Source of the DNA: the human T2T-CHM13v2.0 reference genome, Homo sapiens
Assembly (NCBI RefSeq): GCF_009914755.1
Contig: NC_060947.1
Reading direction: 5' to 3' (one strand)
DNA: 64,000 nucleotides
The notes under the pieces were generated by a model. That model ran no database searches. It had not been told where the DNA came from and saw nothing but the letters and a program-made list of their open reading frames with translations. Position numbers and translations under genes: made by a program. This document shows, piece after piece, positions 12,019 to 26,042 of the stretch (within the stretch, counting starts at the first letter, position 1; each line of letters starts with the position of its first letter).

Positions 12019-15000
12019 AGGAGGCAGTGCAAAATGGTGGAATAGAAGGCTCTAATGATTGTCTCCTCCACAAGGACATCAAGTTAACAACATCTACACA
12101 GAAAACAACACTTAATAAGTATGAAAAATCAGGTGTGCACCATAATACCTGTTTTTAACTTTGTATCACTGAAAGAGGCACTGAAGAGATAGAAAAAAAT
12201 CAGTCTTAAATTGCTGATGCTACCCCTCCCTGACCCTGGCAGCAGCAGTATGGTGAAAAAAGCATCTCCGGGAACAGAAAGAGGCAGAACAAAGCAAATG
12301 TGAGGCATTGAACTCAGTGCTGTCCTGTTAGAGCAGAAAGGAAAACCAGCCCAAACTTAGCTGATGCCCAGCCACAGAGGGAGCATATAAACCAGCCCTA
12401 GCCAGAGGGGAATCCCAGATCCCAGTGATCAAAACTTGATTTCCCACAAACTTTGCCACAGATGGTGACAGTGCTCTCTGTCTCCAAGTAAACTTGAAAG
12501 GCAGGACAGGCCATAGGGACTGCAACACTTAAGCAAGTCCTAGTGCTGAACTAGGCCCAGAGACAGTGGACTGGGGGTACAGAGGGGAACATGACATACT
12601 GAGACACCAGCTGAAGCAGCCAAGGGAGTGTTGACATCATCCCTCCCTTCACCTCAGGCTGCACAGCTTGGGGGCTAAAAGAGCCCTTCCTTCAGCTTGA
12701 GGAGAAGAGAGGGAAGAGTGGGGAGGACTTTATCTTGCACCGTAGATACTAGCTCAGCAACAACAGGGTAGGGCACCGTTAAGAGTCATGAGGCCTCCTT
12801 TACAGAACCTAGCTTCTAGATGACATTTCTTCACACACTCTGGGCCAGAAGGATACCCACTGCCTTGAAGAAAAGGGCCCTGTCCTGGAAGCCTTCATTA
12901 CCTGCTAAATAAAGAGCCCTTGGGACCTGAATAACAAGCAGCCATACCCAGGTACTACATCAAGGGCTTTGGGTGAGCCCCTGAGACTTTCTGGCTTCAG
13001 GTGAGACTCAGCACATTAACACCTGTGATGGCTACGGGGTGAAACGCCTTCTGCTTGGGAAAAGCAGGGGGAAAAGTAAAGGACACTTAGTCTTGAACCT
13101 TAGGTACCAGCACGGGCACAGAGGGGTAGATTATCAGGCAGGCTCATGGGGTCCCTGACTTCAGGACCTGACTCTTGGATGGCATTTCTGGACCTTCTTT
13201 GGGCCAGAGGGGAGTCTATTGCCCTGAAGGGTGAGACCCAGGCCAGATAGAATTCACCAGAAGCTGACTTAAAATCCCTTGGGCCTTAAGGGAGCATTGG
13301 CAGTAGTCTGGCAGTACTTCTCATGGCCTGGGGTGGTGGTGGCTATGTGGTGAGGCTCCTTTGCCTTTGGAAAGGGGAGGTAAGAGTGAAAATGCCTACA
13401 TGCCATCATTTGACTACCAACTTAGCTGCAATACAATAGAACATCAGGTAGGCGTCTAAGGTTTTTGACTCTAGTCTCCGACTCTCGCACAGCACCTCTG
13501 GACCCACCTGGGGCTGGGGAGACCTTGCTGCCATGAAGAGAAGGACACAGGCCTGCCTGGCTTTCCTGCCAGCTAATTATAGATTATAGAGCCCCAAGGC
13601 CTATAGTGAACATAGACAGTTGCCGGGGAATGGTTACAGCAGACCTCGGGAGAGACCTCGTACTGTGTTGGCTTCAGGTCTGACCCAGCACAGTCACAGT
13701 GGTGGTGGTCACTCAGCTTTAGGTGGCTCAGAAGAAAGAGACTCTGTTTCAGAGAAAGTAAGGGAAGAAAGCAAGATTCTCTGCCTGGTAATCCAGAGAA
13801 TTCTTCAAGATCCTGTCTAAGACTGTCAAGGCAATATCTCTACAAATCTGCAAGAACCACAGTGTTACTGAGCTTAGGGCGGCCCCTAAAGCAGATACAA
13901 CTTAGATCACAACACCAAACTCCTTTCATATACATGGAAACCCTTCCCAAGAACAATGACTGCATACATATAAGCTCAGAGTGAAGACCACAATAAATAC
14001 CTAATTCTTCAATGCCCAGACACTGAAGAATATTTACTAACATTAACACTGTATAGAAAAACATGACCTCACCAAATGAACTCGATATGGCACCAAGGAC
14101 TAATCCTGGAGAAACAGAGACATGTGACCTTTCACACAGTGAATTCAAAATAGCATTGAAGATGCTCAAAGAAATTCAAGATAACAAAGAGAAGGAATTC
14201 AAAATTCTATCAGAAAAATTTAACAAAGAGAGTGAAATAATGAAAGAATCAGGCAGAAATTCTGGTGCTGAAAAATGCAGTTGGCATAGTGAAGAATGCA
14301 ATAGAATCTTTTAATAGCATAATGGATAAAGCAGAAGAAAGAATTAGTGAACTTGAAGACAGGCTATTTGAAAATACACAGTCAGGGGAGACAAAAATAA
14401 AAGAATAAAAAACAATCAAGTATGTCCACAGGATCTAGAAAATAGCCTTAAAAGGGCAAATCTAAGAGGTATTGGCCTTAAAGTTACACAAATCAATCAA
14501 GATGAGACATTATATCAACAGAATAAAGGATAAAAACCATATGATCATTTCAGTTGATATTGAAAAAGCACTTCATACATTTCAACAGGACTTCATGATA
14601 AAAACTCTCAAAAAACGGGGTATAGAAAGAAAATAAGCCATATAGGACAAATCCACAGTTAGTGTCATACTAAATGGCAGAAAAGTGAAAGCATTTCTCT
14701 AAGATCTGGAACATGACAAGGATGCCCACTGTTATCACTGTTATTCAACATAGTATTGGAAGTCAGACAAGAAAAGGAACTAAAAGGAACTAAAAGGAAC
14801 CAAATTGGAATGGAAGAATTCAAATTAGCCCTGTTTGCAGATTATATAATCTTATATTCAGAAACACCTAAAAACTCCAAAATAAAACAATTAGAACTGA
14901 TAAAGAAATTCAGTAAAGTTGCAGGATACACAATCAACATACAAAATACAGTTGCAATTCTATATGCCAAAAGTGAACAATGTGAAAAAGAAATAAAAAA

Positions 15001-17983
15001 GTAATTTCATTTATAATAGCCACACATAAAATTGATTACCTAGGAAGTAATCAAAGGTGTGAAAAATATCCATAATGAAAACTATAAAACTGATTAAAGA
15101 AATCAAAGAGAACATGAAAAAGGATAAATATTCTATGTTCACAGATTGGAAGAATCAATATTGTTAAAAATGTCCACACTACACAATGTAATCTACAGAT
15201 TCAATGCAATCCTTATCAAAATATGAATGACATTCTCAACAGAAATACAAAAAACAGTCCTGATATTTATATGGAATCACAGAAGACCAAGAATAGCCAA
15301 AGCTATCCTAAGCATAAAGAACAAAATACTAGAGGAATCCCAATACCTGACTTCAGATTATACTACAGAGCTATAGCAACCAAAATGGCATGATACTGGC
15401 ATAATGTTGCGGGAAGTCAGGGACCCCAAATGGAGGGACCGGCTGAAGCCATGGCAGAAGAACATGGACTGTGAAGATTTCATGGACATTTATTAGTTCC
15501 CCAAATTAATATTTTTATAATTTCTTATGCCCGTCTTTACTGCAATCTCTAAACATAAATTGTGATGATTTCATGGACACTTATCACTTCCCCAATCAAT
15601 ACCCTTGTGATTTCCTATGCCTGTCTTTACTTTAATCTCTTAATCCTGTCAGCTGAGGAGGATGTATGTCGCCTCAGGACCCTGTAATTGCATTAACTGC
15701 ACAAATTGTACAGCATGTGTGTTTGAGCAATATGAAATCTGGGCACCTTGAAAAAAGAACAGGATAACAGCAATTGTTCAGGGAATAAGAGAGATAACCT
15801 TAAACTCTGACCTCTGGTGAGCCGGGTGGAACAGAGCCATATTTCTCTTCTTTCAAAAGCAAATGGGAGAAATATCACTGAATTCTTTTTCTCAACAAGG
15901 AACATCCCTGGAAAAGAGAATACGCGCCTGGAGGTATAGGCCTATAAACGCCCCCCCGAGGTGTTCCCGTCTCTTATGGTCGAGACTGCAGGGGTGAAAT
16001 AGACCCCAGTCTCCCATAGCGCTCCCAGGCTTATTAGGAAGAGGAAATTCCCGCCTAATAATTTTGGTCAGACCAGTTGCTCTCAAAACCCTGTCTCCTG
16101 ATAAGATGTTATCCATGACAATGGTGCCCAAAACTTCATTAGCAATTTTAATTTTTCCCTGGTCCCATGGTCCTGTGATCTCACCCTGCTTCAATTTGCC
16201 TTGTGATATTCTATTACCTTGTAAAGTACTTGATGTCTGTGACCCACACCTATTCGCACACTCCCTCCCCTTTTGAAAATCCCTAATAAAAACTTGCTGG
16301 TTTCTGCGGCTTGTGGGGCATCACAGAACCTACCGACATGTGATGTCTCCCCTGGACACCCAGCTTTAAAATTTCTCTCTTTAGTACTCTGTCCCTTTAT
16401 TTCTCAAGCTGGCTGATGCTTAAGGAAAATAGAAAAGAACCTACGTGAATATCGGGGCAGATTCCCCGATAATAAAACCAGGCACATAGACAAATGAAGC
16501 AGAATAGAGAATCCATAAATAAATGCACACGCCTAAAATGAACTCATTTTTGACAATAGTGCCAGGAAAAGGAAAGGGTGGTCCCTTCAATAAATGGTGC
16601 TGGGAAAACTGGATATCGATGCACAGAAGAATGAAACTATACCCCTATTTCTTGGTATCTACAAAAAAAAAATCAAAATGGATTAAATACTTAAATCTAA
16701 GACCTCAAACTATAAAACTACTACAAGAAAACTTTTCAGAATCTCTCCAGGACATTGGTCTGGGCAAAAATTTATTGAGTAAAACCCCATCAGCACAGGC
16801 AACCAAAGCAAACATGGACAAATCGGATCACATCAAATTAAAAAGAGTCTGCACAGCAAAGGATACAGTCATCAAAGTGAAGAGACAACAGACAGAATGG
16901 GGGAAATATTTGCAAACTACCCTTCTGATGGGAAGTTAATAACCAGAATATATAAGGAGCTCAGAAGACTCTAAAATTAAAAAATATATAATAATCCAAT
17001 CAAAAGATGGGCAAATAATTTGAATAGACATGCCTAAAAAGAAGTCATACAAATGACAAGCAGGCATATGAAAAGGTGCTCAACATCATTGATCATCAGA
17101 GAAATTCAAATAAAAACTAGAGTGGGATATCATCTCACCTCAGTTAAAATGGCTTATATCCCAAAGACAGACAATAACAAATGCTGGTTAGGATGTGGAG
17201 AAATGGGAACCCTCGTACACTGTTGGTGGGAATGTAAATTAGTACAACCACTATGGAGAACAGTTTGGAGGTCCTTCAACAGACTAAAAATTGAGATACT
17301 ATATGATCCAGCAATCCCACTGCTGAGTATATACCCCCTTAAAAGAAAATCAGTGTATGAAAGAGATATCTGCAATCCTATGTTTGTTGCAGTACTGCTT
17401 ACAATAGCGAAGATTTGGAAGCAAACTAAGTGTCCACTAACAGATGAATGGATAAAGAATATGTGGTACATAAACATGATGGAGTATTATTTGGCTATAG
17501 AAAAGAATGAGGTCCAGTCATTTGCAACAACATGGATGGAACTGGAGATCACTATGTTAAGTGAAGTAATCCATGCACAGAAAGACAAACATCTCATGTT
17601 CTCACTTATTTGTGGGAACTAAAAATCAAATCAATTTAACTCATAAGCAGAGAATAGAAGGATGGTTACCAGAGGCTTGGAAGGGTAGTACAGTGTTGGG
17701 AAGGTTAATAGGTACAAAATAGAATAACTGAATATGACCTATTATTTGATAGCACAATAGGGTGACTGTAATCAATAATAACCTTATTGTACATTTTAAA
17801 ATAATAAGTGTAATTGGATTGTTTGTAACTCAAAGTATAAATGCTTGAGGGGATGGATACCTATTCTCCATGTTGTACTTATTTCCTATTGTACACCTGT
17901 ATCAAATTATCTCATGTACCCCATAAATACACCTACTATGTACCCACAAAAATTAAAAATTAAAATTAAAATTAAAAAAATTG
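12019..17983 (+). mobile_element. L1MA1-3-like LINE with 5'UTR, ORF1 start, large internal deletion, ORF2 3' part and 3'UTR
   Basis: ORF1-like MTSPNELDMAP... at 14063. Jumps from ORF1 to the ORF2 RT region at ~14484. ORF2 fragments at 14756, 16523 and 17053. L1MA 3'UTR and A-tail. Interrupted by MER11. Confidence 0.93.
15405..16471 (+). mobile_element. MER11 (HERV-K11/HML-8) solo LTR, MER11B/C-like
   Basis: Starts TGTTGCGGGAAGTCAGGGACCCC, ends GAAAAGAACCTACGTGAATATCGGGGCAGATTCCCCGATA; 1067 bp; flanked by ataa/ataa inside L1 ORF2. Confidence 0.93.
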
Positions 17984-18314
17984 AAAATTTGTGATGTTAG
18001 TGTATTGTTACAACCCAAGTGAGATGTACTGGGTCTTTGAATGAGCCTGGTAGTAGAAAAGGAGTTACCAAAATGATTTCTGTATCAGAAATATAATCTA
18101 CAGTAGCCCTTTGGCTGATTGCTAACTCCTAAATTTGAGGTCTGGGCAACAGGATTAATGTAAAAATATAAAATTTGGCAGAAAAAGCTGATTGGGTCAG
18201 CAGTTGGGGAGATAAGAAATAATGAGATGAGTCTTGGACAAATTGAGTTTGAAACTTAATAAGCCATCTAGATTTCTAACGTAAAGTTAAAATCATGGAT
18301 TTAGACCTAGGCTG

Positions 18315-18488
18315 GGTGGTTTTCAAACTTTGTTGTATATTGGAATCATCTGGGGGTATTTAAAAAATAATAATCTCTGGTTCCTATCCACAGACATTAT
18401 TTAATTAGTATTGTGTACATATTTGGCATTGGGAGTTTTACAAGTTCCATAAGTGATCCTAGTATGTATCAACTTTTGGAAACCACTT
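18315..18488. mobile_element. MER5A-like hAT MITE
   Basis: Terminal inverted motifs gtggttttcaaa...ttggaaaccact; internal gaatcatctgggg. Confidence 0.75.
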
Positions 18489-18854
18489 ACAAAGGCAGAG
18501 AAATAGAGATTAAAGATGAAAACTTAGACTAACACACAGAGAGATGATGACTGAAGCTACTAGGGTTTTGACAATTACTTAGCAGGTATAATAAGATAAT
18601 AATAGGGAGCAGATCCTTGAAGGACTCCTATCCACTCATTGGCTATGAGAAAATAGTAGATGATTGACAACTGGGGTTAAGGATGCAGCCTCTGGCCACA
18701 GAAAGAATAAAACTACCAAAGTAATATCCAGAAGCCCATATCACAAATAATAATAACAATAATAACCTCTATTTGTCAAATTCTGCATTTATTACTCTAC
18801 ATCATCATTATCACCATCATAAGCAGTAGCAGCATTACCAACATCATCATAATT

Positions 18855-19080
18855 ATTATTATCCAACAGCCATTGAATGATTATATGCACTATGCACTGT
18901 TCCGGGCAACTTAAACATATTATTTTATTTAATTCGCACAACAATCCTATGAGGTCTTCATTTTATAAATAATAAAAGTGAGAGAGATTAAGTAACTTGC
19001 CTAAGGTCATATATTGGCAGAACCAGGCTTGAATCCAGAAATATCTGACTACAGAGCCTGAAATATGCTCTCATTCCATG
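18855..19080 (-). mobile_element. MIR SINE
   Basis: tttaattcgcacaacaatcctatgagg...agagattaagtaacttgcctaaggtca. Confidence 0.85.
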
Positions 19081-19495
19081 TTCCTACCAGTTCAGGTAAT
19101 TACCTTTAGTAATAAAAGAAAACAAGTTGTTACTGGCTTTCCAACATAACTTCATATACATCTTTCACTTGATTCATTCAGAGAGGGTATTAGTGGCCTA
19201 GTTTTATGGAAGAGAAAGCTAACACAGACAGTGATTACATAACTTCCTTAAGGTCACACAATTTTATTGGTGGAGCCTGAATTATGTTAACACAAATGTA
19301 TAGAGTTTATCAAGTTTCTACTTGAAATACTTCCATGTCCTACCATCTCTCCCTGACTTAATTAGATGACTATCATCTGTCCTCCCTAGGCACTCTGTGT
19401 TTTTCGTTAACAGAACTTACCATACTGCATTGTAATTGGTTTATTAACTGTATCCCTCATTAGACTATGAGCTTAGTAAGAATTTTGCCTCTCTT

Positions 19496-20819
19496 GGCCT
19501 CAGAAATAACACCACACATCTATAATCATCTGATCTTTGACAAACCTGACAAATGGGGAATCCCTATTTAATAAATGGTGCTCGAAAAACTGGTTAGCCA
19601 TATGTAGAAAGTTGCAACTGGATCCCTTCCTTACACCTTATACAAAAATTAATTCAAGATGGATTAAAGACTTAAATGTAAGACCAAAAACTATAAAAAC
19701 CCTAGAAGAAAACCTAGGCAATACCATTCAGGACATAGGCATGGGCAAAGACTTCATGACTAAAACACCAAAAGCAATGGCAACAAAAGCCAAAATTGAC
19801 AAATGGGATCTAATTAAACTAAGGAGCTTCTGCACAGCAAAAGAAACTATCATCAGAGTGAACAGGCAACCTACAGAATGGGAGAAAATTTTTGTAATCT
19901 ACCCATCTGACAAAGGGCTAATATCCAGAATCTACAAAGAACTTAAATTTACAAGAAAAAAACACAAGCAACCCCACCAAAATGTGGGCAAAGGATATGA
20001 ACAGACACTTCTCAAAAGAAGACATTTATGCAGCCAACAGACTGCATGGTCATCATCACTGGTCATCAGAGAAATGCAAATCAAAACCACAATTAGATAC
20101 CATCTCATGCCAGTTAGAATGGTGATCATTAAAAAGTCAGGAAATAACAGATGCTGGAGAGGATGTGGAGAAATAGGAAGGCTTTTACACTGTCGGTGGG
20201 AGTGTAAATTAGTTCAACCATTGTGGAAGACAGTGTGGCAATTACTCAAGGATCTAGAACTAGAAATACCATTTGACCCGGTGATCCCATTACTGGGTAT
20301 ATACCCAAAGGATTATACATCATTCTACTATAAAGACATATGCACATGTATGTTTATTGCGGCACTATTCACAATAGCAAAGACTTGGAACCAACCCAAA
20401 TGTCCATCAATGATAGATTGGATTAAGAAAACATATATACTATGGAATATTATGCAGCCATTAAAAAGGATGAGCTCATGTCCTTTACAGGGACATGGAT
20501 GAAGCTGGAAACCATCATTCACAGCAAACTGTCACAAGGACAGAAAACCAAACACTACATGTTCTCACTCATAGGTGGGAGTTGAACAGTGAGAACACAT
20601 GGACACAGGTCAGGGAACATCACACACCAGGGCCTGTCAGGGGTGGGGGGCTTGGGGAGGGATAGCATTAGGAGAAATACCTAATGTAAATGTTGAGTTG
20701 ATGGGTGCAGCAAACCACATGGCACATGTATACCTATGTAACAAACGTGCACATTGTGCACATGTACCCTAGAACTTAAAGTATAATAATAAAAAAAATA
20801 CTATTCCTACACAATAAAA
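19496..20819 (+). mobile_element. 5'-truncated L1PA5/6 inserted into an L2 3' end
   Basis: ORF2 C-terminal ORF 19537..20502 and L1PA 3'UTR; 18-bp TSD aagaattttgcctctctt at 19478-19495 and 20820-20837. Confidence 0.96.
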
Positions 20820-21164
20820 AAGAATTTTGCCTCTCTTATTTGCTGTTGTGTACAGAGGCTTTGAACTGTGCTTAGCATCTAGTAGGCACACAACAAAAAT
20901 TGCTTGAAGTAAATCTAATTTACTGAATGTGCTCTAGGTGACTTTTAGTGAATAGCTATTAATAGATGAGACAAATAGTTGTCCTATATCTAGACAAGTT
21001 TAAAACTGATTGGGCATTAATTACTCTATGCATTATAGTAGCCATCAAAAAAGTTGCAACAAAGAAAAATAAGGCTGTTGTGTGCAGCCACAGAATTTTC
21101 TAGACTCTGCCTCACAAACCTGAGAAGCTTCAATTCTTTTAAAGCTCAGCCTCATATAACTGAA

Positions 21165-23046
21165 TAGCACAAATGGATAAAACAACTATATAACATTGAT
21201 GAAAGAAATTAAAGAAGACACAAATAAATAGAAAGACATCCCATGTTCATGGATTGAAAGGTTTAATATTGTTTAAAATGTTCATACTACCACCAAAAGT
21301 GATATAAAGATTCAATGCAATTCTTATAAAAATCCCATTGGCTTTTTGGGTTTTTTTTTTTGCAGAATAGATTAAAAAAACCCTAAAATTCATATGTAAC
21401 CACAAACTACCATGAATAGCTATAATGGTTAATATTTGCATCCTTCAATCCAATCAAGTTGACAAGTATTGTTCCTGGGTGTGTCTGTGAGGGTTTTGCC
21501 AAAGGAGATTAACATTTGAGTCAGTGGACTGGGAAAGACAGACCCACCCTCAGTCTGGGTGGGCACCATCTAATCAGCTGTCAACGTAGCTAGAATAAAA
21601 AGTAGGCAGAATGTGGAAGGAGAACTGGCTGAGTCTTCCAGCCTACATCTTTCTCCCAAGCTGGATGCTTCCTGCCCTCAAACATTAGACTCCAAGTTCT
21701 TCAGCTTTTAGGCTTTTGGACCTTCAACCACAGACTGAAGGCTGGCTGTGCTGTCTGCAACCCTACTTTTGAAGTTTTGGGACTCGGACTGGCTTTCTTC
21801 TCCTCAGCTTGCAGATAGCCTATTGTGGGACTTCACCTGGTGATCATGTGAGTCAATACTCTTTAATAAACTCCCTTTATATATATACACCTATCCTATT
21901 AGTACTGTCCCCCTAGAGAACCCTAATACAATAGCCAAGGAAACCTTGAGAAAATAGAACAAAACAGGAGGCACAACACTTGCTGATTTCAAAACATATA
22001 AGGCTACAGTAATTAAAATAGTATGGTACTGGCATGAAGATGGGCATATAGAACAGTGGAATGCACCAGAATAGAAAGACCAGAGATAAATCCACGCATA
22101 CACAATCAACTGACCATTGACTAGAGTGCCGAGACATAATGGGAGAATAGTCTCCTTAAATGATGTTGGAGAGACTGTATATCATCCCAGTGCACAAGAA
22201 TGAAATTGGACCCTTATCTTACATTATACTCAAAAATCAACTCAAAATGGTTTGAAGATTTAAATGTAAGAGTAAAAAATCTAAAACGCCTGGAAGAAAA
22301 CATAGGGAAAAAGCTTCTTGACACTGGACTTGACAATGATTTCAAGGTTGTAACACCAAAAGCACAGGCAACAAGAGCCAAAATAGACCGGCGGGATTAC
22401 ATCCAACTACAAAGCTTTTGCACAGCAAACAACAGAGTAAAAAAGCAATGTACAGAATGGCAGAAAATATTTGCAAACCATACATCAGATAAGGGGTTAA
22501 TTTCTAAAATATATAAATAAGGAACTCAAACAACTCAATAGCAAAAGAAAAAAAACCCTAATAACCTGACTAAAAAATGGCCAAAGAATTTGAATAAACA
22601 TTTTTTCAAATAAGACATACAAATAGCCAACCGGTCCATGAAAAGATACTCAAGTCACTAATCATTAGGGAAATGCAAATCAAAACTACAATGAGATATT
22701 ACCTCAAACCTGGTAGGATAGCTATTATTAAAAAAAACAAAGAACACAAAAGACAACAAGTGTTGGTGAGGATGTGGAGAGATAGGAACCCTAATACACT
22801 GTTGATCAGAATGCAAAATTGTGCAGCAGCTCTGGAAAACAGTATAGAGGTTCTTAAAAATGTGAAAATAGAACTACCATATGATTTAGCAATCCCGCCT
22901 CTGGATATTTATCTAAAATAATTAAAATTAGAATTTCAAAGTGATATTAGCACTCATCATGTTTAGTGCAGTACTATTCACAACAGCCAAGATACAGAAA
23001 CAACCTAAATGTCCACTGATGGATGAATCGATGAGAAAAACATGAG

Positions 23047-23091
<45 letters not shown>

Positions 23092-23470
23092 GGAATACTA
23101 TTCAGCTTTGAAAAAGAAGGGAATTCTGAAATATGCGACAACATGGATAAGCTTTGAGGACATTATACTAAGTGAAATAAGCCACTCAGATAAGGAAAAA
23201 TACTGCATAATATCACTTACATGAGGTATTTAAAATAGTCAAACACCTAGAAGCAGAGAGATAAACAGTAGTGGCCAGGGATAGGGGAAAGAGGGCAATA
23301 GAGAACTGCTAATCAATGGGTTTAAAGTTTTGGTAATACAAGAAGAGTCACTTCTAGAGACCTTCTATACAACTTTGTGCCGACAGTTAACAATATTAAA
23401 TTGTACGCTCTAAAACCTGTTGAGAGTATAGATCCATGTTAAGTGTTAAATTTAAATTTACATTTTTTAA
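21165..23470 (+). mobile_element. L1MA10/L1MB1-like 3' fragment, containing (CA)n at 23049-23089
   Basis: ORF2 fragments at 22200, 22673 and 23042; old L1 3'UTR. Confidence 0.88.
21421..21930 (+). mobile_element. MLT2A (ERVL) solo LTR nested in L1
   Basis: ccaaaggagattaacatttgagtcagtggactggg...ccctagagaaccctaataca; 5-bp TSD atagc. Confidence 0.93.
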
Positions 23471-24779
23471 AAAGACCCAGCAAGACAAATAGTAAAGCCA
23501 AAGTTAAAGATTGACATCTCAAGTGGGAACTTGACTTCATTCTCCATTAGCTACTTTTGTTGAGAGCATACAAGGAAGAGGAATATAGTTTCAAATTGGG
23601 CTTATTGTGAGTTCAGCCTAAAACAGAGCCTGGAGGGTTTCATATTTGTGAGTTTGACTAATTCCCTGATGTTAACTAGTTTTCTAATTATTTGCTTCTT
23701 TCTCCTCAAAACACAGAACATTCATAAGAAAATGAGATAACAAAATTTCTATTTGGTTTGACTGCATAGGGGATTCAAAATATAGACAACATGGACACTG
23801 CCCTTGAGGAGATTCCAACTGAAATACAGAAATTGGTTTGACACAAAACCAACTAAAATTAACCATTTAAGAATGATGAGAACAATTATATAAAGGTGCC
23901 AACTATGTGCATAAACGCACCGGGGAAAGTCAAGTATCAGAAAGATCAGAGTGCAGACAAGAAAAAAACCCTTTATGTGGGCAGAATCACAAACAAAGTA
24001 GGTTGGGCTAGGGACAAGAATTGGAGCTCACCCAAGCTAAGGCATGCAGAACCATCCATCCTGAATCCTATTACTATCTGTTTTAAGGCTGCTTTTAAAA
24101 AGAAATGGGGAAGAGCGAAAAAGTTTTAGCCTTAATATAAAATTAGCAAAATTAACGAAACTGTAGGCCCAGGAACTGTCATGTGTGGGCTTATGAAACA
24201 ACATGATTTCAGAAAGAGTTCAAGTTCTGTGATTTACTTTGCTGGATCAGAGAAATTTCTCTGAATTCCTAATTTTATACTTTGTTGCCAGCACACCCAC
24301 CAGTCTGCAGTACTTGGTTTATGCTAAGCAAAAAAGAAAATTAACTCCTAGAAATTTTGCAAAATCCATTTTTAATAATGAATCTGTACATGTCATCATA
24401 GATTAAAAATAACAGAAATATTTGCTTCCATTTTTCAGCATTTGCAAAACAGGCCAATTAAGAAATGAAAGAGCAAGGAGATGCCAATGGAAGTATAGAA
24501 AGATTTGGAGCACAGATTTCAGAGGACTCAAAGTAGGAAATCAGGCAAATGACTCATCATTTCAAGGCCTTAATAGAAAATGATAAATTGGGGCAATTTT
24601 CTGCATAATCTAAAGTACCCTACTGAAGGTACCTGGACCAGAAATCTAGGAACAAAGGCACTTGTTTCCACTTAAAGCAACTGTAAAATGACTGGCTGGC
24701 AAAACGCAAGTTGCTAGGGCAACTTTTACCACTCATAAAGGGACAGTTGTTGAGCTCTTACTTTGTCTTTGCAAAAGAA

Positions 24780-26030
24780 GCAGAAACACTCTCTTCTCCA
24801 TTCTATCTTAGCCACCCATTCCCAAACAGATGTTAAACTTACTCCTCATTGTCATCAAAAGTTGCATCCCTCTTCAAATCACTATTTCAGACATCCCACT
24901 CTGCGACACAACTTTCTTTTCTTCCACTTTGCTTGCTCACATAGCTTCTCTGAAACAAGTCTTCTATTTCATCAAGAACTTCTCTCCATTTTCTCTTACT
25001 CTCTCACTCCCCTCCTGCTTTACTTTCTATTTAGATTATATCTGATGGTTCATTATCCAATCAGACTTTCATAAAGGCTGTTAATGCTCTTTTCCTTCTT
25101 TTCTTATTTTATGCTACCAGTAAAATACCAACACTGGATGAACCCCATCAGCCCCATAATTTGTGACTACAACTGAAAGTTTTATTTAATATAGAAAATT
25201 CCAGAGTGAAAGAAATTAGGCATTACTTATAAATTTATGAAACATTATGAACTTGGTACCAAATACTTCAGAAATCTTATGTTTCTCTAGTAAGTTGGTT
25301 CTCTGTTTCAGCAAGGACTAGATTTCATTTTTTTCTTTCTTCTAACCCAATCAATTTACCTTCCACCTGCTAATATCTGTCTTGTGCATGACTGTGCCTC
25401 ATATCTCACATAGAAAACAGCACTCAGGCATTATTCTATCTTCTTATACCAAATCTTCAAACCTACTTGCATCTGTGTTCATCTTCTCCCACTGCCTTTT
25501 AGTTATAATAGAAAAGTAGCCATCATTCTATCAGAGATCAGATATTTTGCATGTGCTATCTTATCATATCTTCCTCTCTATAGCATCTTTATAATCGGTG
25601 TCCAAAAATGTTTCATTATCTTCCATCTAAAATAAAATTTTCTTTATCACACGTTCTTCCTTTCCATATCCATTCTCAGCAAAAGCAAATTTCCTCAAAG
25701 GGTTATTTATACATTAACTCCACCTCCATACTTTCCATTCCATTTTCCATGGCTTCAATCCTTATCAGATCATTGAAATATCTCTTGCCTAAGTAGTCTG
25801 TTGACTTCCATGTTGCTAAATCTAGTGGATTTCCATGTTGCTAAGCCTAGTGGACTCTTTAGTTCTCATCTTAGAGTTTTTGACATCAGTATTTGACTGA
25901 GTTAACCTCTCTACATTTCAAACTCCTTAGATTTCCTTACAATTTACTGGCTGCTTCTTCTCAGGCTCTTTATTCTGTTATAACAGCTTCTTTTCTGAGC
26001 TTCAGATGGGTACAGAATATTTATGTACTT
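24780..26030 (+). mobile_element. L2 LINE (continues at 28715-28826 and 29308-29780)
   Basis: Pyrimidine-rich L2 motifs gacttccatgttgctaaatctagtgg; 3' end cagtacctagcacagtgcc...aatgaatg. Confidence 0.7.
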
Positions 26031-26042
26031 ACTTGGCATTTA

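Noticed and set aside
19537-20502. 321-aa ORF, the longest in the window
   Set aside because: C-terminal fragment of L1 ORF2 in a 5'-truncated copy, with frameshifted stretches.
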